Source: Mobula hypostoma (taxonomy: Eukaryota). Taken from it: DNA of 64,000 nt. The stretch covers positions 48,610,001 through 48,674,000 of the forward strand of contig NC_086097.1 of the NCBI RefSeq assembly GCF_963921235.1, in the 5' to 3' direction. This document shows positions 35,942 through 49,180 of the stretch, piece by piece. The notes under the pieces are model-generated. The model ran no database searches, was not told the DNA's origin, and saw nothing but the letters and a program-made list of their open reading frames with translations. How positions within the stretch are numbered: the first letter of the stretch is position 1; the number at the start of each line of letters is the position of its first letter. A program made the translations under genes and the position numbers.

Positions 35942-36161
35942 ACACACACAAAATGCTGGTGGAACGCAACAGGCCAGGCAGCATCTATAGGAAGAAGTAC
36001 AGTTGACGTTTCGGGCCAAGACCCTTCATCAGGACTAAGGTCTCGGCCCGAAATGTCGACTGTACTTCTTCCTATAGATGCTGCCTGGCCTGCTGAGTTC
36101 CACCAGCATTTTGTGTGTGTTGCTTGAATTTCCAGCATCTGCAGATTTCCTCGTGTTTTCA
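35942..36161. mobile_element. Penelope mini-insertion of two inverted pLTR pieces (83-bp arms, 15-nt spacer)
   Basis: Arms 35941-36023 and 36039-36121 are complementary at 78/83 positions; TSD tactaagtcaatta/tactaaatcaatta (35928-35941 / 36162-36175). Confidence 0.9.
36001..36036 (-). ncRNA. Minimal type I hammerhead ribozyme motif, best-preserved copy
   Basis: Minus strand AGTC-CTGATGA-AGGGTCTTGGCCC-GAAAC-GTC-AACT: intact core, helix II GGG/CCC and GUC cleavage triplet. Confidence 0.75.
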
Positions 36162-36279
36162 TACTAAATCAATTATAACATTTTCATTTCTGATTCTAGG
36201 TGCTTTCTCTGATACCATGAAACTACTGAGTTGCTAAATATGTAAGTTATTAGTTTGCATATTACTTTCCTTAAGTCCG

Positions 36280-37670
36280 TAGATATCTTCATTGTCCTTG
36301 GCTATGGGTGAGGTGCTGGTGGATTGGAGGATAACCACTGCTGTTCCACAGTTTAAGAAAGGAAATTATAGGGCAGTGAGCCAGACATCAGTAGTGGGTA
36401 AGTCACTGGAAAGAATTCTAAGGGATTGGATATATGAGTATTTGGATAGTCAGGGACTGATTAGGGTCAATCAGCATGATTTTGTGTGTGGGAGATCATG
36501 TCCAACCAATCTTATAGAGTATTTTGAGGAAGTTAAAAAAGTTGATGAAGGCAAGGCAGTAGATGTTGTCTACATGGACTTTAAGTGAGGCATTTGACAA
36601 GATCACACATGGGAGGTGGCTCAAGAAGATTAAGTCGAAAAGCATTCAAGTTGTAATATACATTGGCATCACAGGAGAAGGCAGACAGTGGTTGCTTCTC
36701 TGACTGGAGGCCTGTGACTAGAGGTGTGCAGCAGGGATCGTTGCAGGGTCAGTTGATGTTTATTATCTATATCAATGATCTGGATAATAATGTAGTAAAC
36801 TGGATCAGCAAATTGTGGGTGACACCAACATTGGGGTGTAGTGGACAGTGAGGAAGACTATCAAAAGTTTTAGTGGAATCATGACCAGCTGGAAAAATGG
36901 CAGATGGAATTTAATGCAGATAAGTGTGAGGTGTTGCACTTTGGGACAACAAACCAGCATAGGACTTAGATAATGAGTGGTAGGGCATTGAGGATTATGA
37001 TAGAACAGAGGGATCTGGGAATACAGATCCATAATTCCTTGCAAGTGGCATCACAGGTAGATACGGTAATAAAGAGAGCTTTTGTCCCAGTGGCCTTCAT
37101 AAATCAAAGTATTGAGTACAGGCGTTGGGATGTTATGTTGAAGTTTTATAAGATGTTGGTGAGGCTTGATTTGGAGTATTGTGTGCAATTTTTGTCACCT
37201 ATTTATAGGAAAGATGTCTATTAGATTGAAGTAGTGGGGAGAAAATTAACAAGGATGTGCCAAGACTTGAAGACCTGAGTGATAGGGAAAGGTTAAACAG
37301 GTTCGTGCTTTATCCCTGGAGTGTAGGAGAATGAGGGAGATTTGATAGATGTTTACAAAATTGTGAGGGGTGTAGATAAGGCAAATGAAAACGGGTGTTT
37401 TCCACTGAGGTTGGGTGAGACTAGAAATAGAGATCATGGGTGAAGGGTAAAATGTTTAAATGGTTGGTGAGAGTGTGGAACAAATTGCCAGTGGAAGTGG
37501 TAGATACTGGCTTGATTTCAATGTTTAACAGAAATTTGGATAGGTGCATGGATTGGAGGGGTATGGAGGGCAATGGTCTGGGTGTAGGTCGATGGGACTA
37601 GGCAGCATAATCAGCACAGTCTAGATGGGCTGAAGGGCCCACTTCCGTGCTGTAGTTTTTTATGACTCTG
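36280..37670 (+). mobile_element. CR1 LINE RT and 3' end, decayed
   Basis: ORFs 36292 (NYRAVSQTSVVGKSLERI...VDVVYMDF), 36663 and 36973; tail tatgactct. Confidence 0.9.
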
Positions 37671-38704
37671 AGACTAAATTCTTATAACGGAACGGTTATA
37701 GGAATTTTCAGTGGCGGATTCCAAATGTTTTTTTTGTCGGACAAACTAACAGTCCCACGAGTGTGAACTAGAATGAAGCCATCAAGAGAAATCAATATTT
37801 AAAAAATTCTTTACTTTTGGTTGGCTATTCCCAATGGAGGAAGTTCTAACTGCAGAAATTTCCTGTCTATTGTTATATTATCAACTCCCAAAAAGAATTT
37901 CACAATTGCCAGTGTTTAGTCCCCTGAAATCCCTAGGTGCATTGCTTGAAATGTTTGGCAAGACCATCATTCAACTCAAACTGTACATAAAGTTCAGGAT
38001 CTATGTTGCTACATCCAGCAAAATTTCAAATATACATTTAAAGTTAGACACTCAGTTTGGCAGAGCTAGGGGCAATGTTAATTGCATCTTTCTGTCCTTT
38101 GATACCGAATCTCTTGTCCCAGGTGAGTGACATACATGACTCCAAAAATTATTTCACAGTTGGAACTGCACCATTTTGAATGAGCAGTTAATGTCAATGT
38201 GCATATTTGGATTCATGAACCCACCTGTATAAGATATTTTCTCTTTGCTTGTAAAATAAGACATCCCCTGATATTTAAAAGCTATTTATTTTTCAATTTA
38301 TTTGCCTAATATTTGTGGCACTCTAGATATTAATTTGGTGATCTTTACAATAACAAGAATGAGGGATTAAAAGATTTTGCCATTTCATGCTAGAGGAAGT
38401 ATTAAATATGCAAATGTCTATACAGTTAAATGTAAAGGACTTCCCCAATATCACATTGGGTTGTAGTTTGGCTAGGTTAGTATCGCTATTTGCTATACCA
38501 CATTCCCTAAAGTTAGAATACTTTTGCTGTTGCATAGCAATAACTTAAGCATTTTTTTTGTTTATAATTAAGGTATTCTGCAAATGATAGTTGAAAGATT
38601 CATTGTTGCCAAGTGCAGTGGATGCTTTTGCTCATTAAAGAGTCCACCTGTTTTAATCACATTATGGCTGTTTTAATATTATCTAGTCAAATCTATATAC
38701 GTTA

Positions 38705-39045
38705 TTAGAAACATAGAAAACATATAGCTCAATACAGGCCCTTTGGCCCACAAAGCTGTGCCGAACATGTCCCTACCTTAGAACTACCTCGGCTTTACCC
38801 ATAGCCCTCTATTTTTCCCAACTCCATGTAGCCATCCAGGAGTCTCTTAAAAGACCCTATCGTTTCCGCCTCTGCCGCCGCCAGCAGCCCATTCCATGCA
38901 CTCACCACACTCTGCATTTTTTAAAAGAAAAATTTACGCCTGACATCTCCTCTGTACCTACTTCCAAGCACCTTAAAACTGTGCCCTCTCGTGCTAGCCA
39001 TTTCAGCCCTGGGGAAAAGCCTCTGACTATCCACACATCAATGCC
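38705..39045 (-). mobile_element. CR1 3' end fragment
   Basis: (tagaaaca)n tail and ORF 38902 C-terminal CR1 remnant. Confidence 0.75.
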
Positions 39046-39789
39046 GATATTCCTACGCAAATGGAAACTAAACAGTCTCTGTATCTTGGTATATACTTTA
39101 ATAATCATTCAATTTATCCAAATTATTTTAAAATAATGTTAAACTCTGCCTCAATATCCAATTGAAGCAAAAATAACACTTTGCTGATCTTGACAGCATT
39201 GTTTATGAAAATTATCTCCAAATTTTTCATTTTCCTCTTCTAGTAGCTACTTGGATTTAATAAAAAAGATACACCAAATGATTGAACTGCCCTTGCATTA
39301 CTTTCTGAAAAGCTCTGTTGAACATCGCTGCATTTTCATTTCTCACAATGAAAATAGCCCCAATTTTTCAATTTCTTCTTCATTGCTATTATTTCCCATT
39401 GTCAGGATCATTTTACTGAATCCTTATTGTAACTGTTCCATAGATTGAATCTCCTTTTGATAATAGAATGCGCAGACCTCAACACAATGCCCCTACTAAA
39501 GCCTGATAAAAGTCTGCAACTCGTGGAACATGGTTACCATCATTGTCTGCAGCCTATATACAATGCTCCTGTACAAAAGAAAACTGAGCTTGCTTTGTTT
39601 CATTATGGTTTTTACAATTAGCTTCCATCTTCTGAAAATCTATTTGTTTCCTAGATTTTCCTGTCTCCTTTAATTTCTATTAAGAACCACATTGCAGAGG
39701 GCATTCGTTCCATTATTATTCATAACTTGTTACATTAAAATACAGTTAACTATCAGTCAAATGTAATGTCTCATTTACCCACCCCCTCT

Positions 39790-40030
39790 GTTTTTTGCTA
39801 ATCTGGTTTAAGAATACAGTATATACTGTACATTTTTAAATCCTCACCCTTGATGTCAAATTCTTCCATGGTCTCCCCACCCTATCTGTATGATCTGTCA
39901 GCCTCATAATCCTTTGGATAACTACAAACCATCTGTTCTGGATGCTTGATTATTCCCTGATTTGGTTGCTCCAACACCACTATTCCCTCCAGGTCTCTCC
40001 TTTCTGCTTCATGATGCCTCTTAAAATCTA
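39790..40030 (+). mobile_element. Old L2-like LINE 3' remnant
   Basis: ttttaaatcctcacccttg...ccatggtctccccaccctatct...ctcttaaaa resembles the recalled L2 3' region; not aligned. Confidence 0.4.
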
Positions 40031-40373
40031 TGATTTTACAGGTTCACTCCCTCTGTTTGAATTGAAAGAGGCAGGTTCATATATCTGAAATATTGGATCA
40101 GTTTGTCTCTCTACACTAGTACAGTTTGATTGGGGGGCAGGAGCATTCCATACAGCACTGTGTTTGCAGCTTTTACATTCATTCATTTGTGGCTTCGCTC
40201 TCCATCTGCCCATCTTAACAGATTTTATGATCATGCTCTGTCCCTCTCCTTCTCTAACTTCCCACATTAATCTATCAATCAGATGTCATCTCCACAGAAA
40301 CACTGGACAGAGTATCAGAAACATTCTTTTTTCTCCAAGCATCGCTTCCCCTCCCTCTCTACAACTTAATATG

Positions 40374-40778
40374 AGGGTGGCATGATAGCATAGCGGTTAG
40401 CCTAACGTTATTAGAGCGCCAGCGACTTGGGTCGAAAACCTCCTCTATCTGTAAGGAGCTTGTACATTCTCCCCGTGACTCCATGGGTTTCCACCAGGTG
40501 CTATGGTTTCCTCCCACACTCCAATGATGTATGGTTTAGTAGGTTAATTTGCCACATGGATATAATTGGTTGATGGGGGCTCATTTGGCTGGAAGGGCCT
40601 GTTACCGTGGATACTGTGTTACCATGGATATAATTGGTTTGTGAGGGCTCATTTGGCTGGAAGGGCCTGTTACCGTGGATACCGGGTTACCATGGATATA
40701 ATTGGTTGGTGAGGGCTCATTTGGCCGGAAGGGCCTGTTACCATGTTGTATTTCTAAATAAAAATAAAATTAAAATAG
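40374..40778 (+). mobile_element. tRNA-derived V-SINE (HE1-like) with a triplicated 3' segment
   Basis: tRNA-like head (gggtggcatgatagcatagcggttagc...gggtcgaaa), V-domain (ttctccccgtgac...ggtttcctcccaca) and (aaaat)n tail. Confidence 0.8.
40555..40745. repeat. 68-bp tandem repeat, ~2.8 copies
   Basis: catggatataattgg... starts at 40555, 40623 and 40691. Confidence 0.95.
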
Positions 40779-41984
40779 TTTTATTTCTTTCCCAGTTCCT
40801 ATAATGGGTCTTCAACTTGAAATGCTGCCTCTGCTTTCTTTTTCCATAGATGTTGCCTGAACTGTTGAGTGTTTCCTATATTTCCAATTCCTATTTCATA
40901 TTTCCAGAATCAGCATTTCTCCTCTTGGATCTCACCTCTTTGTCCAAACTTTTGGTTACCCTTGGAATGTTTGCTATCTAATGGCTTCTACAAAATAACT
41001 GTTGTTTAAATTGTGATTCCCTTCAATCTGACCACTCCCCATCTGTTGTCTGACAACTTCCAGCATTATTCTTCATGTCTTGCTCTTTCCCTAACCTGAT
41101 GATGGCAGCAGAATTAATTAGATGTTTTTCTTTCTGCTGGAGAGGCTCCTGAGGTCCAGCATTAAAACATTATTTCATAACACACAGTTCAATCAAATTA
41201 AGTTTCTGATCAAACATGCTGTGAAAAGATCAACAAATACATGGAACTATATATACTTTACCATTGTGTATTCATTCAGATATTATTTTCAATGAAACTG
41301 TTCACTAAAATATAAAAATGCAACTACATTTATGGTGACTGAACAGTTCAGCTCTTCTGCACATTGCAATACGTAATGTTTGGGAAATATTTAAGTCATG
41401 TCATCATTTCCTATCAGTGTTTCCCTGAGATGAAAGCATTGCATTGTTTGGCAAAATAAACACAAGCATTATGAGCTGCCCTTAAATTGTTTTTAACCTT
41501 CAACTTTCTTTTATTGTGGACGCAATCTTACAACATTTTGTTTCAGTAAGCAGAACAGAGTCCACCTATTGTGCGTTTAAATTTTATAAAAAAACCAATC
41601 CTTGATGTTAAAAGTACTCAAATAATTTGTAGTGCCAGTGGTTTTTTTTACCGGCATTTAGTAAGGCCAGAAACAAATTTAAAACTTCCAACCAAACATT
41701 CTGTGTTGGAGATGAACAGCACTTAGCTAACAGCAGTCACTGATACAACACATCAGAAGTTATATTCAACATCCTACACAGCTATATTTAAATATCTAGA
41801 TATGTTAAAAATATTTATCAAGTAACTATGTGCATATAATATATATTAAACAAGTATCAAGTCATTCATAGCCACACATATAATCATTAAATAAATAAAC
41901 TTGGACAAACATAAGTCTATCATTTTCTAATGCTCTCAACTATGACACTATTATAGAAGCTTAACAACTTTACACTATATACCT

Positions 41985-42790
41985 AAACACAAGAGGTTCT
42001 GCAAATGCTGGAAATCCAGAGCAACACACACAAACTGCTGGAGGAACTCCACAGGTCAGGCAACAGCTATGAAGAAGAATAAATAGTCGATGTTTCGGGC
42101 TGAGACTCTTCATCAGGACTGGAAAGAAAGAGGAAATGGGGAGAATAAACATACAGGACTGGAAAGGAAGATGGACGATACCAGAATAAAAAGGTGGAGG
42201 GAAAAGAGGGAGAATGCAAGAAGGTTGAAGTAAGAAGCTGGTGGGTGATGGGTGATGGGTGGAAAAGGCGAAGGGTTGGAGAAGAAGGAATCTGATAGGA
42301 GAGGAGAGCAGACAGTGGGAGTAAGGGAAGGAGAATGGGCACCCTGGGGAGGTAATAGGCAGCTGAAGAGAAGAGGTAGAACCAGAGTGGGAACAGAAGA
42401 TGAGGGAGGGGAGAGGGAAGAAATTACCAGAAGGAGAAATTAATGTTCATGCCACCGAGACGAAGTATGAGGTGTTGCTCCTCCACCCTGAAAGAAGGCC
42501 AAAGATGGACATGTCAGAATGGGAATGATAGGAATTAAAATGGTTGACGGTGGGAAATTCCATTTTTGCAGATAGAATGGAGGTGCTCAACAAAGCAGTT
42601 CCCCCCTCCCCCAATTTATGTTGGGTTTCACCGGTGTAGAGGAGGCCACAGTAGATGACCCCTACAGATTTGTAGGTAAAGTCTTGCCTCACCTGGAAGG
42701 AATGTTTGGGGTCCTGAGCGGAGGCGAGGGAGGAGATGAATGAGCAAAGTGTAGCATATCTGTCTCCTGAATGGAGATGAAGGAGGAGGT
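41985..42790 (-). mobile_element. Penelope pLTR and GIY-YIG fragment
   Basis: ORF 42447 (GVIYCGLLYTGET...VNHFNS); pLTR with hammerhead motif at 42085-42120. Confidence 0.85.
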
Positions 42791-42996
42791 AGGAGGTAAG
42801 CGACAGAAATGGCTACACCTGCCCATTCATCAACCTTACTGCTTAGGGAAAGTAACTGTTTCTGTGCCTGGTGGTCCTAGTATTGATGCTACATAGCCTC
42901 CACCCTGACAGGAGTGGGAGAAGCAGTCCACGAGCAGGGTGGGTGAAATCGTTTATGATGCTTCTGGCCCTTTTCAGGTACCTTTCTGTATACATA

Positions 42997-43936
<940 letters not shown>

Positions 43937-43938
<2 letters not shown>

Positions 43939-43947
43939 TGTGTGTGT

Positions 43948-43997
<50 letters not shown>

Positions 43998-44008
43998 GTA
44001 TATATATA
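43937..44008. repeat. (TG)n/(TA)n microsatellite at the Tc1 right junction
   Basis: Directly visible. Confidence 0.9.
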
Positions 44009-45389
44009 TTCCTGATGGTGGGTAGGCCAGTGCTGGTAATGCATTGGACAGTTTGGACTATTCCTGTGTGCTGCAGTAACGTGCAGTGATGCAGCATGTT
44101 AGGATACTCTCTACTGTCCATCTGTAGAAATACATGAATACAGATGTGCATAGCCCAGCTCTCTTCAGCCTCTTCAGAATGTAGAGGCATTAGTGAGCTT
44201 TCCTGATTGTGTCGGATGTGCTCTGGGACCATGAGAGTTGTGCGAGATGTGCACTCCCAGGAGTTTGAAGCTGCCCGCGGTTTCCACTGTTGTACTGCCG
44301 ATGCAAAGAGTGGTGCAAGTCTCCTGAAGTTCCTAATCATCTCCTTTATCTTGTTGACTTTGAGGAAGAAGATACTTGCCTGGCACCAGGCCTCAGCTCT
44401 TCCACCTCCTCTCTGTAGCCTATTTCATTGTTGTTGGTGATGAATCATACCATTATTGTTTCATTGGTGAACTTGACAATGTGCTTGGCCGTGCAGTCAA
44501 GTATGAGCAGAGTGTACAGCAGTGGGCTCAGCACAAAGCCCAGGGGCACCCGAATTGATGATGATGGGGAGGGAGGAGCAGTTGTGCATCCTGACTATCT
44601 GAGGTCTGTTGGTTTGGAAGTGCCATACCCTGTTGCACAGTGGTGGGTTTGGACCCAGGAGTAGGAGTTTGTTCACTATGTGTGTAGCACAATATTGTTG
44701 AACACCAAGCTGAAATTCAGAAACCGCATTCTGACATGTGTTCTTTTTTTCCTAGGTGTGTCAGGGCCAGGTGCATAACAGATACTATGACATCCATTGT
44801 AGAGCGGGTCTGTTGGCAAGCATATTGGTGAGTGTCCAGTGTGGCAAGAATGGTTTTTCATATGTGCCACTACCAGCCATTCACTCATGATGTTTGGCAT
44901 CAGTGCCACAAGGCAGAGGTCATTTAGTGCTGAAGGTGTAGAGTTCTTTGGTACAGGGCTGATGGTGTCTGACTGAAGCATGTGGGGATGAGTGGGGTTT
45001 TGAAGATGTCCGTGAAGACATTAGAAAGCTGGTGTGCACAGTCCCTGAGTAATTGGATTTGAGATGTTTTCTGGCCCAGCTGCCTTACAGGGTTTGACTC
45101 TCTGCAGAGTCCTTTTCATGCCTGCTGCTTTTTCAGACAGTGTCTGCTCACACGGGAGGGTAGCATTGTGCTTGCATTGTGTTGCGTGCCTCAAAGATTG
45201 CACTAAAGCTGGTTCTAGTGTCAGGGAGGGTGGCGTCCCTGGTGCAGTCAATGCTATTTTTGCTTGGCTGGATAGTAATGCCCTTGGTGCCCAGCTGCAT
45301 ACGTCGGGAATCGTTATGGGACAGGTATCCTGAATTTTTTGTGTGTAGGTGGTCTTTGCCCTCATGATGCCCAAGATGAGGTTTCTCCT

Positions 45390-46190
45390 TTCTTTTTCAT
45401 TTTTTTTATTAAGTTTCAAAATTAATAAACATAACTAATAGTAATGATACATATAGATTGGGATTATAATAACAGTTAACATGTACAAGCACAGATTCAA
45501 AGTAACAAATATAATTTATCCTCCCAATCTCATAGTAACTAACCATGAAAAAGATATTTTACAAAGAGAGAAAAAAAATCCCTGAACTAAAACAAACAAC
45601 TAAACTAAAAAAAACAAACGAAGCTTGGGCTGTCATTTAATATTGGCTAAAATCTATTATTTGTCGTTAACTCCACTCCTCTATACATGAACAAAAAATT
45701 ACTCCAAAGGATTCAGAAAGGGTCAACTTACATCATATGAAAATATTGAATAAATGGCCTCCAAGTTTCTTCAAATTTAACCAAACGATCCATTGTACCA
45801 CTCCTAATTTTTTCCAAGTTTAGGCATGCTATCATTTAGGGAAAACCATTGAAATGCAGTGGGGGGATTAGAATCTTTCCATTTAAATAAAATGGATCCT
45901 CTGGCTATTAACGTAACAAATGCAATTAAATGATAAGCTGACAAGGATAAACGACGAGAATCTATCACTGGTAGTCCAAAAATTGCAGTAATAGGATGAG
46001 GTTGTAAATCAATACGCAGAACTACTGAAATAATATCAAAAATATCTTTCCAGTATTTTTCTAGAAGAGGACAAGACCAGAACATATGTGCCAAGGAAGC
46101 TACCTCAGATTTACATCTATCACAAACAGGATTTACGTGGCAGTGAAAACGAGCTAAGTTATCCTTGGACATAGGAGCCCTATGAACCAC
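45390..46190 (-). mobile_element. 5'-truncated L1-clade LINE (ORF2 C-terminal zinc knuckle, 3' UTR, A-rich tail)
   Basis: CDRCKSEVASLAHMFWSC in ORF 45804; perfect 16-bp TSD agatgaggtttctcct (45374-45389 / 46191-46206). Confidence 0.9.
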
Positions 46191-46549
46191 AGATGAGGTT
46201 TCTCCTGGCGATCTGAAAGCTGTTCTGTCTCCAAACTTGAAGGCAGCATCCCAGGCTTTTAGTAGGGAGCACACTCTGCATTCAATCAGAGCTTCTGATT
46301 GGGCCATGAGATGACGGTTCTTGAGGTACCAACACCATCTACAAGCTTACAGATACAGACGCTGACAGATGTGGCATATTCCTTGAGGTCTGTGTCTTCT
46401 CTGTTTGTGGCTGGCTCCTTGAACATCTGTCAGGTAGGTGTCAGCTGCTCAGTTACAGATACTGAGGCTGCAGCTGATCTTAGCAAACAATCCTCCGTCA
46501 TTCTCCTCCCACCCAACAATTCCCATTTTACTCCTTTCCCCTGTAGTTA

Positions 46550-48233
46550 GAAACATAGAAAATAGGTGCAGGAGTAGGCCATTCGGCCCTTCGAGCCTGC
46601 ACCGCAATTCAGTATGATCATGGCTGATCATCCAACTCAGAACCCTGTACCAGCCTTCCCTCCATACCCTCTGATCCCTTTAGCCACAAGGGCCATATCT
46701 AACTCCCTCTCAAATATAGCCAATGAACTGGCCTCAACCGTTTCCTGTGGCAGAGAATTCCACAGATTCACCACTCTCTGTGTGAAGAAGTTTTTCCTCA
46801 TCTCGGTCCTAAAAGGCTTCCCCTTTATCCTCAAACTGTGACCCCTCATTCTGGACTTCCCCAACATCAGGAACAATCTTCCTGCAACTAGCCTGTCCAA
46901 TCCCTTTAGGATTTTATATGTTTCAATAAGATCCCCCCTCAATCTTCTAAATTCCAGCGAGTATAAGCCTAGTTGATCCAATCTTTCATCATATGAAAGT
47001 CCTGCCATCCCAGGAATCAAACTGGTGAACCTTCTTTGTACTCCCTCTATGGCAAGGATGTCTTTCCTCAGATTAGGGGACCAAAACTGCACACAATACT
47101 CCAGGTGTGGTCTCACCAAGGCCTTGTACAACTGCAGTAGTACCTCCCTGCTCCTGTACTCGAATCCTCTCGCTATAAATGCCAGCATACCATTCGCCTT
47201 TTTCACCGCCTGCTGTACCTGCATGCCCCCTTTCAATGACTGGTGTATAATGACACCCAGGTCTCGTTGCACCTCCCCTTTTCCTAATCGGCCACCATTC
47301 AGATAATAATCTGTTTTCCTGTTTTTGCCACCAAAGTGGATAACCTCACATTTATCCACATTAAGTTGCATCTGCCATGAATTTGCCCACTCACCTAACC
47401 TATCCAAGTCACCTGCATCCTCTTAGCATCCTCCTCACAGCTAACACTGCCGCCCAGCTTCGTGTCATCCGCAAACTTGGAGATGCTGCATTTAATTCCC
47501 TCATCTAAGTCATTAATATGTAGTGTAAACAACTGAGGTCCCAGCACTGAGCCTTGCGGTACCCCACTAGTCACTGCCTGCCATTCTGAAAAGGTCCCGT
47601 TTATTCCCACTCTTTGCTTCCTGTCTGCCAACCAATTCTCTATCCACATCAATACCTTACCCCCAATACTGTGTGCTTTAAGTTTGCACACTAATCTCTT
47701 GTGTGGGACCTTGTCAAAAGCCTTTTGAAAATCCAAATATACCACATCCACTGGTTCTCCCCTATCCACTCTACTAGTTACATCCTCAAAAAATTCTATG
47801 CGATTCATCAGACATGATTTTCCTTTCACAAATCCATGCTGACTTTGTCCGATGATTTCATTGCTTACCAAATGTGCTGTTATCACATCTTTGATAACTG
47901 ACTCTAGCATTTTCCCCACCACCGATGTTAGGCTAACCGGTCTATAATTCCTCGGTTTCTCTCTCCCTCCTTTTTTAAAAAATGGGGTTAGATTAGCCAC
48001 CCTCCAATCCTCAGGAACTAGTCCAGAATCTAAAGAGTTTTGAAAAATTATCACTAATGCATCCATTATTTCTTGGGCTACTTCCTTAAGCACTCTGGGA
48101 TGCAGACCATTTGGCCCTGGGAATTCATCTGCCTTTAATCCCTTCAATTTACCTAACACCACTTCCCTACTAACATGTATTTCCCTCAGCTCCTCCATCT
48201 CACCAGACCCTCTGTCCCCTACTATTTTTGGAA
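46550..48233 (-). mobile_element. Young 5'-truncated CR1 LINE; RT nearly intact with one frameshift at ~47410
   Basis: ORF 47395-48270 (NYRPVSLTSVVGKMLE, GVPQGSVLGPQLF, KFADDTKL) and ORF 46637-47407; possible TSD tagtta (46544-46549 / 48234-48239). Confidence 0.95.
46637..48230 (-). pseudogene. CR1 ORF2 reverse transcriptase, split by a single-base frameshift
   Basis: MQVTWIG and MDRLGEWA join as MQGDLDRLGEWA if one G is restored. Confidence 0.85.
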
Positions 48234-48399
48234 TAGTTAATACACATAAGGAAGCCCTAGATATCATCAATCAGATATTTGATAAGTACCTATTCAAAAA
48301 TATCACCTGATGAATATAATCTCCAAGGGTGTACTCCCATTAAAACCATCTTTACATTTGAACCCCTACTGTACACTGAAGTGAAATAACCCTGTTATA

Positions 48400-48640
48400 G
48401 GATATCCCTTCAGAACAGAGATGAGGAGGAATTTCCTTAGCCATAGGGTGATGAATCTGTGGGATTCATTGCCACAGACTGCTAAGAATCCAAGTCATTA
48501 GGCATTTAGGAAGTTGATAGGTTTTTGATTAGTTAGTGCATCAATGTTAAGGGGAGAAGGCAGGAGAAAGAGGTTGCAAGGGATAATAAATCATCCATGA
48601 TGGAGTAGCCTAACTCTGCACCTATGTCTTATAGTCTTAT
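48400..48640 (+). mobile_element. CR1 3' end remnant
   Basis: gaacagagatgaggaggaattt...gtgaatctgtgg...cctatgtcttatagtcttat. Confidence 0.75.
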
Positions 48641-49071
48641 TAAGGATGGTAGCAAACAGGTGAAACAGATACCTGTGGAATCGAGAACTAGGGGAACCGT
48701 TTGCTCAGGCCACTTGGGGAGGGAAAGCTCAGAATTTAACTTTAGATCCAAGGTCAATCAACAATTTCAACTTGTTTAAACCGAAGACCTCTCAGCAATG
48801 AGGAATGATGATCTAGTTAGTTGGTGAGTTGTTTCTCATAAGACCATCAGCAAAAACTCCTGAGATGATCATGATTGTATGCAGGGTTCATCTCCTAGCA
48901 CAGAGAGAAAGCCAAAGGCACCTTGGAGTAACTTTTAAGATGACTGAATGCGTGCACTCCAGCTAAACATATAAATGTATTTCAGCACAGAATAAGGAAT
49001 GCTGCTTGAGTTTCTTATTTACTGAAAATTCCTGGTCAGGACCTCTGCACAACAGGTGGATATTCACTCAC

Positions 49072-49180
49072 CGGCCCATTGAAGATGTAAGAAGGAAGAC
49101 CGAGGCAATGAGTCCAGGAAAGCACTTGGAGTCAGGAGCGCACTTCCACTGTTTCCAAATACCAAAGATAATCAAAAAAG
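49072..49180 (-). other. Candidate 109-nt exon of an unidentified transcript
   Basis: Minus-strand acceptor ...aaatgtttttcag| and donor CCG|GTGAGT; one open frame, FLIIFGIWKQWKCAPDSKCFPGLIASVFLLTSSMG; no homology recognised. Confidence 0.3.

Noticed and set aside
36200..36241. Exon-like segment (ttctag|...|gtaagt)
   Set aside because: Stop codons in all three frames and no other support.
40374..40450. tRNA gene
   Set aside because: Degenerate tRNA-derived SINE head; no complete cloverleaf found.
40555..40745. CRISPR-like array
   Set aside because: Contiguous tandem units without unique spacers, inside a SINE in eukaryotic DNA.
45804..46307. 167-aa ORF as a single gene
   Set aside because: It is a chimera reading from the Rex element across the TSD into the L1 fragment.
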